Translations under genes and position numbers: made by a program
In this document: positions 1-9,355 of the stretch, one piece after another
How the letters are laid out: each line of letters opens with the position of its first letter
Numbering within the stretch: the stretch's first letter is position 1
Notes under the pieces: generated by a model
Told to the model about the DNA's origin: nothing
The model's input: the letters and a program-made list of their open reading frames with translations, nothing else
Database searches by the model: none
Source: an uncultured Actinomycetes bacterium
Lineage (GTDB): Bacteria; Actinomycetota; Thermoleophilia; UBA2241
Reading direction: 5' to 3'
NCBI GenBank assembly: GCA_963709345.1
Contig: CAVPVX010000010.1
Span: 96,001-160,000, forward strand
DNA length: 64,000 bases

Positions 1-180
1 CGCATCGATTTGTGACGGGGAGATGTCCAAGGCGACGACGCGATGACCGGCGGCGACGAACACTTCGGTGTCGCGACCGTCTCCGCAGCCGAGCTCCAGA
101 ATCGGGTCGTCGGCAGCGCGGCCGGCGACGAGGTCCAGCCAGTTCTCGAGCCACGGATCAGCGCCGACGTTGCGTTTCAA
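1..180 (-). CDS. Class I SAM-dependent methyltransferase, N-terminal part (runs off the window's left edge)
   Basis: Manual translation of the minus strand from 180 gives ...DDPILELGCGDGRDTEVFVAAGHRVVALDIS, with motif I (ELGCGxG) and the acidic post-beta2 residue; start could be TTG 180 or GTG 192. Confidence 0.75.
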   Translation of the reverse strand, partial: MKRNVGADPWLENWLDLVAGRAADDPILELGCGDGRDTEVFVAAGHRVVALDISPSQIDA

Positions 181-385
181 CCTTGACCCCACTTCTCGAC
201 GGTCTCGCGGAGGAAGCACAACGGATCGATCACCGCTCGCCCCCGTGTCGCATGGCCGTACTCTGCGGCAAGCGCAGGCAGTGCGCTACAGCTGCACACT
301 TCCGCGCAAGACTGTACCACCAGGTTCTCCGGGTGCGGAGGTACGGACGACGGAATGCGACGGGGAGGTGCGGGTGCCGACCGAC

Positions 386-1216
386 TCAGAACTCCGGCGG
401 GAGTTCCTTCATCTGGGCTGCTGTGAAGACGGGCCCGTCCTTGCAGACGTACACGGGCCCGATGTTGCAGCGGCCGCACTTGCCGAGTCCGCACTTCATG
501 CGGTTCTCGAGCGTGGTGAAGATGGCCTCGTCGGCGAAGCCCAGCTTCTCCAGCACCGGAAGCGTGAGCTTGACGACGATCGGCGGGCCGCAGAGCACGG
601 CGACGGCGTTGTCGGCCTTCGGCGCCGTCTTCTCGACGACCGGCGTGACGTAGCCCACCTCGCCGGCCCAGTCCACGGTCTCGCCGCCGGGATCGACGGT
701 GCTTACCATCGTGATGTCGGAGCGCGAGCTCCACTCTTCCAGCTCGCGCTTGTACACGAGGTCCTCGACCGAACGGGCGCCGTACACGATGGTCACGTCG
801 CCGAACTCGTCGCGGCGGTCGAGCACGTTCCAGATGACGCAGCGTACCGGCGCCAGGCCGATGCCGCCGGCGACGAACACCACGTCCTTGCCCTTCCAGT
901 CGTCGACCGGGAACCAGTTGCCGTAGGGACCGCGGAAGCCGACGGTGTCCCCGCGGTTCACTTCGCGAAGTGCCGACGTGACCTTGCCGACCGCCTTGAA
1001 GCTGCACTCGATGTAGCCCTCTCGCGTCGGCGCGCTGGCGATGCAGAAGGTGCTCTCGCCGGCGCCGAAGACGCTGTACTCGCCGAACTGGCCGGCCTTG
1101 AAGGCGAAGCTCTCTCGCAGTGCCTCGTCCTGGAACTCGAGGCGGAGGGTGCGAGTGTCGGGCGTCTCGTCGACAAGCTCCGTGACGGTGGTGAGGAGCG
1201 GCTGATAGATGTTCAC
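386..1216 (-). CDS. flxA: FAD/NAD(P)-binding oxidoreductase with [2Fe-2S] motif (FlxA / AsrB / sulfhydrogenase gamma type)
   Basis: FRGPYGN, AGGIGLAP, LCGPP and MKCGLGKCGRC motifs; last gene of the hdr-flx run. Confidence 0.85.
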   Translation of the reverse strand: MNIYQPLLTTVTELVDETPDTRTLRLEFQDEALRESFAFKAGQFGEYSVFGAGESTFCIASAPTREGYIECSFKAVGKVTSALREVNRGDTVGFRGPYGNWFPVDDWKGKDVVFVAGGIGLAPVRCVIWNVLDRRDEFGDVTIVYGARSVEDLVYKRELEEWSSRSDITMVSTVDPGGETVDWAGEVGYVTPVVEKTAPKADNAVAVLCGPPIVVKLTLPVLEKLGFADEAIFTTLENRMKCGLGKCGRCNIGPVYVCKDGPVFTAAQMKELPPEF

Positions 1217-2442
1217 GAGGTCACCGGCTCGGGGGCGTCGGGGGCGGGCTCGGCGGCGGCGGCTTCGTCCGGCCGCCGCGCCGCGATGTCGATCTCCTGC
1301 AGGATCTCGACGATGTCCTGGCCGGCGTGGCAGACGCGTGTGCAGCGGCCACAGCCGGTGCAGAGCACCTCCCCGAACTTGAGCGGGTAGATCGAGTACT
1401 TGTGGTTGATCCGCTGGCGGTAGCGCACGTGCTGGTCGTCACGCGGGTTGTGTCCGCTGGCGTGCAGGGTGAAGGTCGGCGCCTGGCAAGTGTCCCAGCA
1501 GCGTCGCCGGGTGCCGCGGCCGACGCCCTCCTCCTCGTCGACGATGTCGAAGCAGTGACACGTCGGGCAGACCGAGGCGCAGGCGCCGCAGCCGTTACAG
1601 CGGATCGCGAGGGTGGCGAGGAGGGGATCTTCGAAGTGGCTGTCGATCCAGTCGCGGACCGAGGCGGCGTCGATCTCGAGGTTGGCGGCGACCCGGGCGC
1701 GGGCGGCGGCACGCTCGTCCTCGGCCTGACGCCCGCGAGTGTCCGCTGGGACGTCGTCGCTGAGGCGCGCCGCGTGCGCAGCCGCGAAGGCACGGCCCTT
1801 GTCGGTCGTCACCTCGAGCACATACCCGCCGTCGACCGGCGTGAGCAGGCCGTCGGCGCCCTTGGTGTCGTCGGGCGCCGTGTCGACCGCGGTGCAGAAG
1901 CAGCTCTCGTCGATGACGGGGCAGGCAAGGTTGATGATCGTCGTCGCTGCGCGGCGGCCGTTCCAGAGCTCGTCCCTGTAGTCCCAGTTCATGACCTGGT
2001 CGACGACGGCGAGGGCGGCGCTGTCACAGGGCTTCGCCGCCAGGACGACCCGCGGAGCGAACTCGATGGGGACGTTCTCCACTGCGATTGTGGTGCCCTT
2101 CTGTTTCCAGTGGCAAAGCGCTTCGTGCTCGGGGAGGAAGTACCCCTTGAGCGAGAGCTGCGGCAGGCCGCGGGAGAGGTCGAGCTCGTCGGCGCCGGCC
2201 AGCGGGCGGTAGTCGATGTCCACGGCGGCGACGCCGGGGAGGGTGCACGCCGACGCGGCCATGGCCGACGGAGACTGACACACATCGGTGGCGAGAGGCG
2301 CGATCACTTCCGTGCCCGCACCCAGCAGGTCGCCGACGAGGCTGCGCAGGTCGGGCTCGCTCAGGAAGAAGCGCTTGGGCGGCCCGTTCGAGGCGGTCGC
2401 GTTGCCGCGTGCGCCGGCCGTCGTGTCCGTCGCGTCGGTCAC
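1213..2442 (-). CDS. flxB: 4Fe-4S dicluster protein (FlxB / AsrA type)
   Basis: CNGCGACASVCPTCHCF and CTGCGRCTRVC motifs, KPCD and CFC; GTG start overlaps the upstream stop. Confidence 0.8.
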   Translation of the reverse strand: MTDATDTTAGARGNATASNGPPKRFFLSEPDLRSLVGDLLGAGTEVIAPLATDVCQSPSAMAASACTLPGVAAVDIDYRPLAGADELDLSRGLPQLSLKGYFLPEHEALCHWKQKGTTIAVENVPIEFAPRVVLAAKPCDSAALAVVDQVMNWDYRDELWNGRRAATTIINLACPVIDESCFCTAVDTAPDDTKGADGLLTPVDGGYVLEVTTDKGRAFAAAHAARLSDDVPADTRGRQAEDERAAARARVAANLEIDAASVRDWIDSHFEDPLLATLAIRCNGCGACASVCPTCHCFDIVDEEEGVGRGTRRRCWDTCQAPTFTLHASGHNPRDDQHVRYRQRINHKYSIYPLKFGEVLCTGCGRCTRVCHAGQDIVEILQEIDIAARRPDEAAAAEPAPDAPEPVTS

Positions 2443-3350
2443 TTGATGAACTCCTGCCGGTCGTCGAGGCGGTAGTCGCCTATCGGCGCCACGTTCTCGG
2501 GGTCGTCGCTGACCTTGTAGTCGTAGCGCTCGGCGACGATCTGCTGCAGCTTCCGGTTCACGAGGCTCAGCGGGATCCCGACCGGGCAGAAGCGCTCGCA
2601 CTCGCCGCAGTCGACGCAGCGGCCGGCGAGGTGCAGGGCGCGCGTGACGTTCCAGCTCAGGTTGCCGCGCGGGTGGGCGGAGGACTCGATCCACTGCGGC
2701 TGTGTCTTCTCGACGATGCAGCGCTCGCAGATGCAGAGGGGGCAGACCTGGCGGCAGGCGTAGCAGCGCACGCACTTGCTGAACTGCTCCGTCCAGAATG
2801 CCCAGCGTTCCTCGACTGGCTGGCCGTCGAGCGCAGCCACGCGCTCGTCGATGGTCATCACCGGCCGCGGAGGCTCGGGCTGCGACTCGCCGACGAGGTG
2901 ATCCGTCAGCGTCGGCTCGCGGTTGTCGCAGCCGTAGCAGCGCGGCGCCACGTTCTCCGGCGTGAGGGCCACGGCGGCGGGCAGCTCGTTCTCCTCGAGC
3001 ACGCCGCCGCAGCGTACGCCGATCAGGACGACGTCGTCTCGCTTGAGCTGCGCCTCGCGCAGCAGTCCCGCGACGGCCTTGGCGTCGCAGCCCTTGACGA
3101 CGAGCCCTATCTTGCCGAGCTCGGCGACGTGGTCGCGGCGTGGGTTCAGATAGGTCACCAGATCGTGCACGCAGCGTGTGTCGAAGATGAGTCTGTCCGT
3201 GTCGGCCGGGTCGGTGATGAAGACCGGCCGGGCCCCCAGGCGCGCGGCCTCGTAGCCGATGATGACGCGCACGTCGCCTGCCTCGAGCAGCTCGCGGGCG
3301 ATGCGCCGAAGCTCGGCGACGCCGGTGTAGACGGGCGCGGTCTCCGTCAT
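2439..3350 (-). CDS. flxC: 4Fe-4S dicluster protein (FlxC)
   Basis: KGCD, CVRCYACRQVCPLCIC and CVDCGECERFCP motifs; ATG at 3350 overlaps the flxD stop. Confidence 0.8.
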   Translation of the reverse strand: MTETAPVYTGVAELRRIARELLEAGDVRVIIGYEAARLGARPVFITDPADTDRLIFDTRCVHDLVTYLNPRRDHVAELGKIGLVVKGCDAKAVAGLLREAQLKRDDVVLIGVRCGGVLEENELPAAVALTPENVAPRCYGCDNREPTLTDHLVGESQPEPPRPVMTIDERVAALDGQPVEERWAFWTEQFSKCVRCYACRQVCPLCICERCIVEKTQPQWIESSAHPRGNLSWNVTRALHLAGRCVDCGECERFCPVGIPLSLVNRKLQQIVAERYDYKVSDDPENVAPIGDYRLDDRQEFIK

Positions 3351-3841
3351 GGCGTCACCTCGGCGCTCGCCTGAGCGGGTGCGCCGGACGAAACGGCTTC
3401 GCCGTCGTCGGGCGCCAGCGCCCGATACGCCTCGAAGGGGCCGAGCTCGCGCACGCTTGCGACGGCTTCGTTCACGACGTCCTTCCACTTCGCGCCCTCG
3501 CTCGCCGAGACCCAGCTGAAGGTCATGCGTCGCGGGTCGACGCCGACGAAGTCCATGATGTCGTGGAACACGGCGAACCGCCGCCGGGCGTGGTAGTTGC
3601 CCGAGGTGTAGTGGCAGTCGGCCGGGTGGCAGCCGCTGACGATCACGCCGTCGGCGCCGCGCTCGAACGCCTTGATGATGAACAGCGGGTCGATGCGGCC
3701 CGTGCAGGGCAGGCGGATGATGCGCACGTTGCTCGCCATGTGCAGGCGGCTGGTCCCGGCCAGGTCGGCTCCGGTGTAGGTGCACCAGTTGCAGACGAAG
3801 GCGGTGATGCGCGGTTCGAAGTCGTCGTGCGTCTCGCTCAT
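3347..3841 (-). CDS. flxD: MvhD/FlpD-type [2Fe-2S] subunit (FlxD)
   Basis: FVCNWCTYTGAD, PCTGR, GCHPADCHY and WVSASEG signature of the MvhD family. Confidence 0.9.
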   Translation of the reverse strand: MSETHDDFEPRITAFVCNWCTYTGADLAGTSRLHMASNVRIIRLPCTGRIDPLFIIKAFERGADGVIVSGCHPADCHYTSGNYHARRRFAVFHDIMDFVGVDPRRMTFSWVSASEGAKWKDVVNEAVASVRELGPFEAYRALAPDDGEAVSSGAPAQASAEVTP

Positions 3842-3842
3842 C

Positions 3843-5870
3843 TCACTCCCACGCGCAGAGCGCATTGATCTCGCTGTAGACCTGCTCGTCGGTGAATGTC
3901 TGCAACTCGACGCTCTTGCTCAGGCACACGGCCTGGCAGGTGCCGCAGCCCTGGCAGACGCCCGGGTTCACGTAGGCGGTGTGCCCGCAGACATGGCCGT
4001 CGACCGTGCAGATCTCGCGCTGCTCGATGGCTCCGTACGGGCACACCAGCTCACAACGCATGCAACCGATGCAGGTCTCCTCGCTGACGACTGCCACGGC
4101 CGGCTCGCGCTCGAGCTCGTCGGCGCTGAACAGACCGAGGACCTTGGCGCCGGTGGCGCTGGCCATGGCGACCGCGTCGGGGATATCGCGCGGCGCCTGG
4201 CAGGCGCCCGCGACGAACACCCCTGCGGTGTTGGTCTCGACCGGGCGCAGCTTGGGGTGCGCCTCGTTGATGAAGCCGTGCTCGTCGGTGCTGACACTGA
4301 GCTTCTGCGCCAGCTCACGGATGCCGTCCTGAGGCCGGATGGCAGTCGCGAGTACGACCATGTCGGCGTCGATCGCGACCTGTTCGCCGCTCAGCGTGTC
4401 GAAGCCCCACACCTTGACCTTGTCGCCGTCGCGGAAGATGCGGCTGACGCGGCCGCGGATGTATTCGGCACCGTCTTCCTCGATCGCCCGCCGGCTGAAC
4501 TCGTCGTAACCCTTGCCGGCGGCGCGGATATCCATGTAGAAGGCGACGGCGCGCCCGTCATGCACCTTGTGCTTGTACAGCATCGCGTGCTTGGCGTTGT
4601 ACATGCAGCAGATCTTGCTGCAGTACTCCATGCCTTTGTCCGCGTCGCGGGAGCCGACGCAGTGGACGAAGACCACCGTCTTCGGCTCGGTGCCGTCCGA
4701 CGGCCTGAGGATGGCGCCCGCGGTCGGCCCGCTGGCCGAGGCGAGGCGCTCAAACTGCATGCCGTCGATCACATCCGGTACCTCGCCGTACCCGTACTCG
4801 CCGTATCCTTTGAGGCCCTCGGGCTGGTCGCGACCGATGTCGTAGAGCTTGTAGCCGGTCGCGACCACGATCGCGCCGACCTCCTCGGTCACGAACGTGT
4901 CCTCGGTGTCGTAGTCGATGGCTCCCTTGAGGCACGCCTCCTTGCACTTGCCGCACGCGTCCTTCTTGAGGCCCTTGCGGCGGCCCTTGAAGAGCGTGCA
5001 GTTCTCGCGATCGAGCACCGGGATGTTGGGGACGGCCTGCGGGAACGGCACGTAGATCGCCGTCCGCTTACCGAGCCCTGCCTCGAACTCGCTGGGGATC
5101 TTCTTGGACGGACACACTGCCTGACAATCGCCGCAGCCGTTGCACAGGTCCACGTCCACGGACCGCGCCTTCTTGCGGATCGTCACCTCGAAGTTGCCGA
5201 TGTAGCCGTCGACCTTCTCGACCTCACTCCACGTGTGGAGTTTGATGTTGGGGTGCTGGTATGCCTCGACCATACGTGGTGTCAGGATGCATTGGGAGCA
5301 GTCCAGCGTGGGGAACGTCTCGCTCAGCTGGCTCATGTGCCCGCCGATCGAGGCTTCCTTCTCGATGAGCACGACTTCGTGGCCGCCATCGGCGATGTCG
5401 AGCGCGGCCTGGATGCCTGCGATGCCGCCGCCGATGACGAGGGCGCGCTTCGTCACAGGGATCTTGATCGTCTCGAGCGGCCGGTTGTGCTTGACCTTCT
5501 CCACGATGGTACGGGCGATATCGATCGCCTTGTCCGTGGCCTCTTCGCGGTCCTCATGGATCCAGGAGCAGTGCTCGCGGATGTTGGCCATCTCGCACAT
5601 GAACTTGTTGACGCCCGCCTGGTCGACGGCGCGGCGGAACGTCTTCTCGTGCATGTGAGGCGAGCAGGCGGCCACGACGACGCCGGTGAGGTCGTTCTCT
5701 TCGATGGCCTTCTTGACGAGCTGCTGGCCCGGGTCGGAACACATGTACTTGTAATCCTGTGCGTACGCCACACCCGGGTGGTCTTTGAGCGCCTCGGCGA
5801 CTGCGGCACAATCCACGGTGCGGGCGATGTTCTCTCCGCAGTGGCAGACAAAGACACCGACGCGGCTCAC
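3843..5870 (-). CDS. hdrA: Heterodisulfide reductase subunit A
   Basis: CHCGENI, NIREHCSW, GGGIAG, TFPTLDC, CVGSRD, CSKICC and a C-terminal ferredoxin motif. Confidence 0.95.
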   Translation of the reverse strand: MSRVGVFVCHCGENIARTVDCAAVAEALKDHPGVAYAQDYKYMCSDPGQQLVKKAIEENDLTGVVVAACSPHMHEKTFRRAVDQAGVNKFMCEMANIREHCSWIHEDREEATDKAIDIARTIVEKVKHNRPLETIKIPVTKRALVIGGGIAGIQAALDIADGGHEVVLIEKEASIGGHMSQLSETFPTLDCSQCILTPRMVEAYQHPNIKLHTWSEVEKVDGYIGNFEVTIRKKARSVDVDLCNGCGDCQAVCPSKKIPSEFEAGLGKRTAIYVPFPQAVPNIPVLDRENCTLFKGRRKGLKKDACGKCKEACLKGAIDYDTEDTFVTEEVGAIVVATGYKLYDIGRDQPEGLKGYGEYGYGEVPDVIDGMQFERLASASGPTAGAILRPSDGTEPKTVVFVHCVGSRDADKGMEYCSKICCMYNAKHAMLYKHKVHDGRAVAFYMDIRAAGKGYDEFSRRAIEEDGAEYIRGRVSRIFRDGDKVKVWGFDTLSGEQVAIDADMVVLATAIRPQDGIRELAQKLSVSTDEHGFINEAHPKLRPVETNTAGVFVAGACQAPRDIPDAVAMASATGAKVLGLFSADELEREPAVAVVSEETCIGCMRCELVCPYGAIEQREICTVDGHVCGHTAYVNPGVCQGCGTCQAVCLSKSVELQTFTDEQVYSEINALCAWE

Positions 5871-6991
5871 TCTGCGTCACCACCTTCGGGGCCGGCGGGG
5901 CGGCCTTCGGCCGCTGGGCCGGCGTTGGACTCCGTACTGTCGGCGGCGGCCTTCTCGGCTGCGGCGCGCTTGGCTGCCCGAGCTGCGGCCTTGACGGCGG
6001 CCTCTTCCTGGGCCTTCTTCTCGGCCACGGCACGCACTTCCGCGCGTGCCATGAGGTCTTTGAGGAAAGGCTCGGTGGCGACGAAGTGCCGGCTCATGCC
6101 CATAGGCTCGGTGGGTAGGCCGAGGGCAAGACCCACGACCTCCGTGATGAACAACACGGGCAGCGGCTTCTCTCCGCGCGCCGTCATCGCCTTCTGACGA
6201 AGGTCGAGGTTGCTGTGGCAGAGGGGGCAGGCGACGACGATGGCCTCGGCGCCGCTGCGCCGGGCGTCCTCGACGATCGCGCGGCCCAGTCGTACCACGG
6301 AGGCGGTGCGGCTGACGCTGAAGGCGCCGCCGCAGCACTCCACCTTCATGTTCCAGTCGACGGGCTCGGCGCCACAGGCGCTGATCACTTCGTCCATCGA
6401 GGTCGGCTGCTCGGGATCGTCGTAACCGCACACATCCGCGGGTCTTACCAGCAGACATCCGTAATAGGCGGCCAGCTTGATGCCCCCGAGAGGGTTGGGC
6501 AGTGCGGACGCGCCGGCGACTCTCTCTTTGATGGCCGGCGCCATGTCCCTCAGCAGCTGGATGGCGTTGAAGACCTCGACGCTGTTCTCGAATGGGCGGC
6601 CGAGGATCTCCGGCATGCGCTCGGCGAGACCCTCTTCTTCAGCGACCGCGATGTGTGCCGCTGCCAGGCGGTTGTAGCAGGCGGCGCAGGGCGCCAGTAC
6701 CCGATTGAATCCCTGGGCCTCGGCAAGCGCGAGGTTACGCGCCGGGAGGGCCACACCGAGAAGGTGATCGGTGGTGTGGCCGCTGCTTGCGCCGCAGCAG
6801 TTCCAGTCGTCGATCTCGGTCACGTCGACGTCCAGCGCCTCGACCACGGCGCGCAGGCTCTCATCGAACTCGCGTGAGGTGCCTTTGAGCGAGCAGCCGG
6901 GGTAGTAGGCGATCCGGTCGGACTGCGGCTCAGAGGTCTCCGCCGCGGTTGCGTCGGTCTGCGCGGTCACGTCTTCGGCCACGCTGCTCAC
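5867..6991 (-). CDS. hdrB: Heterodisulfide reductase subunit B
   Basis: YYPGC, WNCCG, PCAAC, YYGC, ECCG and ACPLC (two CCG domains); Ala/Lys-rich C-terminal tail; GTG 6991 overlaps the hdrC stop. Confidence 0.92.
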   Translation of the reverse strand: MSSVAEDVTAQTDATAAETSEPQSDRIAYYPGCSLKGTSREFDESLRAVVEALDVDVTEIDDWNCCGASSGHTTDHLLGVALPARNLALAEAQGFNRVLAPCAACYNRLAAAHIAVAEEEGLAERMPEILGRPFENSVEVFNAIQLLRDMAPAIKERVAGASALPNPLGGIKLAAYYGCLLVRPADVCGYDDPEQPTSMDEVISACGAEPVDWNMKVECCGGAFSVSRTASVVRLGRAIVEDARRSGAEAIVVACPLCHSNLDLRQKAMTARGEKPLPVLFITEVVGLALGLPTEPMGMSRHFVATEPFLKDLMARAEVRAVAEKKAQEEAAVKAAARAAKRAAAEKAAADSTESNAGPAAEGRPAGPEGGDAE

Positions 6992-7530
6992 GGGTTCATC
7001 CCGCATTGCTCGAAGATCCGCTTGACCTCGGCGACGCCGTCGATGCGGTCGGGAAGGATGCTGAGCTTGCCGCGAGCGAACATGGCCGGGGCGTTGGTCA
7101 CGTCTTTCATGAGGTTCCCGCTGCGCAGCTTGTACTCTATGACGAGACCCATCTCATGCAGGCGGCCGTTGCTGCGGATCCGGTCAAGGAAGGACTTGTG
7201 AAAGGCACTGATGGAGCGCGGCATCACGGCCACGCCCGACTCGAAGGCGATCTCACGCACGGCATCGATGACGCGTGCCGGGTCGCAGTCGTTGGGGCAG
7301 CGTGCACTGCAGGTCTCGCAGGTGAGGCAGAGCCAGATGGACTCGTCCTGGAGAGCCTTGTCGCGCGGGCCGTACATCACGCGGCGCATGACCTGGTGCG
7401 GGCGAAGATCCGACTCGGATGCCATGGGGCAGCCGGCAGAGCACTTGCCGCATTGGTAGCAGGTGGCTGCGTTGATGCCGGTGGCGTCCCGGATCTCGGC
7501 GGCGAGGGTGCGGGACTGCGTGCTCGGCAT
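6988..7530 (-). CDS. hdrC: Heterodisulfide reductase subunit C
   Basis: CYQCGKCSAGCP and WLCLTCETCSARCP; GAAGGGA RBS upstream of ATG 7530. Confidence 0.92.
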   Translation of the reverse strand: MPSTQSRTLAAEIRDATGINAATCYQCGKCSAGCPMASESDLRPHQVMRRVMYGPRDKALQDESIWLCLTCETCSARCPNDCDPARVIDAVREIAFESGVAVMPRSISAFHKSFLDRIRSNGRLHEMGLVIEYKLRSGNLMKDVTNAPAMFARGKLSILPDRIDGVAEVKRIFEQCGMNP

Positions 7531-7667
7531 CGTCAGTGATCGATCCCTTCTGGTGGGGCGGGATGGCCTTCGGCCCCGCCGCATCCTTCGTCGAGACTGG
7601 AGAGCAAGTATACATCTTGACTACAGTGTAGAGGCACACCCTAAAGCAGGCAACTCCGCACCTCTAT

Positions 7668-9230
7668 TCACGGGGACGTGCTCGGCGACGTCTGCAGCCC
7701 CGCGCCGGCCCCCGGCGCCCAAGCCGGCGTGAGCGCGTCCTCGAGCAGCACCTTCGCGTCTCCTCCGGCCGGGCTCGTCAGGTAGATCGTCCCGGTCCGG
7801 TACTTCTCCTGGTCGTACTCCGCCCATGCGATGCTCTCGCCGTCCGGCGACCACGACAGCTTCTGCACGATGGTGTCCTTGTACCTGGCCACGACCTGAG
7901 CTTCGCCGCCCGCCTCGATGTCGAAGACCCAGAAGATCGCGGGCCCGATGCCGCCTTCGTCCGCCGCCGGCTCGAGGGAGTGCCCGGTGAACACCACCCT
8001 GGTGCCGCCGGGATCCCAGGCGTACCCCGCCGGCAACTGCGTCGCCTTCTCGGGCATGAGGGTCCTGCCGCTGACGTCGATCACCGTGTAGCTGGTGCTC
8101 ACGTCGCTGCCCGCACGCCTGAAGATGACGGCGTCGCCCGCCGGCGAGAGCAGCGGGTCGTCGAAGCGGCGCGAGTTGACGTCGAAGAACGCCTTTTCCG
8201 AGCCGAGTTCGGTGACCGAACCCGAGGGACGATCGAGCAGCTGGAGCCGCTCCGTGGCCGTGGGCATCCCGTGCTTGTCCGTCTTCTGGTCCGTGTAGGT
8301 GACGAACGCTATCGTCGCGCCGTCGCGGGAGGCGCTCACCGAGACGCCGCTCAGCGCCGAGCCGGCGGAATCCTGGAGCGGAGAGACCTCTTTCGTCGTG
8401 GGGTCGTACACGACGAGCACGGGGTTCTCGCCGGTGTTCTTGGGGGTGGCCGTGTAGCCGGCGATGAGGAGCTCGCCGGCAGAGAGCCAGGCGATGCTGT
8501 CGACTGCGACGACGCCGGGCGTGTCGATGATCACTTCCCTGGGCGCCTCACTCCCGGCCTCAAAGAGCCATACGGCGCTGCGCTTGTAGGTGCCCGCCAC
8601 GCACGCCAGCCACCTGCCCTCCGGCGAATGGGCGATCTGGTAGATCTCGCGGCCGCCGAACGTCATGAGCTCCCGGACGGAGCCGTCGGCGTCCACCGTC
8701 GCCAGCCGGTTGGCGCGTGGGCCGACGGCGGCTGCCAGATACCGAGTCACGACGGGCGCGCTCGTGGCGAGCGTCGAGGCCACCGGCGTCGGGGGCGCCT
8801 CCTTTCCGCCGATGAGGTCGCCGAGGGGCAGGATGAAGACCGCGGCGACGGCGGCGATGGCGATCACGGCGAGGACGACGACCACGATCAGCCAGGTCGG
8901 CGCGCCCTTGCGCGGGCCACCGGGCGGGGCGGTGGCGGCGCCGTGGCCGGGCGGCGGCCCGGCCGGAGGCGGCGCGGTCGATGCGGGCAGAGGAGCGAAC
9001 GACACAGGTGGAGGCGTCGCTGCGAGCGGCTGCGCCGGGGGCACGATCGGCTGGGCCGGAGCCGCCGCCGTAGCCGCCACCGGAACGCCGCAGCTCTTAC
9101 AGAAGGCGGCGTCGGGCGCCAGAAGAGCGCCGCATGAGGCGCAGGTGGCGGAGCGACGGGCCCCGCAGCCCTCGCAGAAGAGCGCGTCGTCTTCGTTTGC
9201 GCGCCCGCAGGCGGAGCAGTTGCTCGCCAT
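7668..9230 (-). CDS. Double zinc-ribbon, single-TM protein with TolB/PD40-like beta-propeller
   Basis: Four CxxC pairs at the N-terminus, Pro/Ala linker, hydrophobic helix, repeated SP[DE]G/WSPDG blades. Confidence 0.75.
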   Translation of the reverse strand: MASNCSACGRANEDDALFCEGCGARRSATCASCGALLAPDAAFCKSCGVPVAATAAAPAQPIVPPAQPLAATPPPVSFAPLPASTAPPPAGPPPGHGAATAPPGGPRKGAPTWLIVVVVLAVIAIAAVAAVFILPLGDLIGGKEAPPTPVASTLATSAPVVTRYLAAAVGPRANRLATVDADGSVRELMTFGGREIYQIAHSPEGRWLACVAGTYKRSAVWLFEAGSEAPREVIIDTPGVVAVDSIAWLSAGELLIAGYTATPKNTGENPVLVVYDPTTKEVSPLQDSAGSALSGVSVSASRDGATIAFVTYTDQKTDKHGMPTATERLQLLDRPSGSVTELGSEKAFFDVNSRRFDDPLLSPAGDAVIFRRAGSDVSTSYTVIDVSGRTLMPEKATQLPAGYAWDPGGTRVVFTGHSLEPAADEGGIGPAIFWVFDIEAGGEAQVVARYKDTIVQKLSWSPDGESIAWAEYDQEKYRTGTIYLTSPAGGDAKVLLEDALTPAWAPGAGAGLQTSPSTSP

Positions 9231-9355
9231 GTCCCCCTCCAGGTACGTTCGGTCGAGGTCGTCGCGATGAATGGTACCTGCTGCGGCTCGCTAGTGACAG
9301 GAGGTCGCCGTGGCTATTTCGGGCGGGGATTCGGCGGGTGAGGCAGCCACATCCC

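Noticed and set aside
3347-5870. Selenocysteine in HdrA or MvhD
   Set aside because: No in-frame TGA; Cys is present at the motif positions
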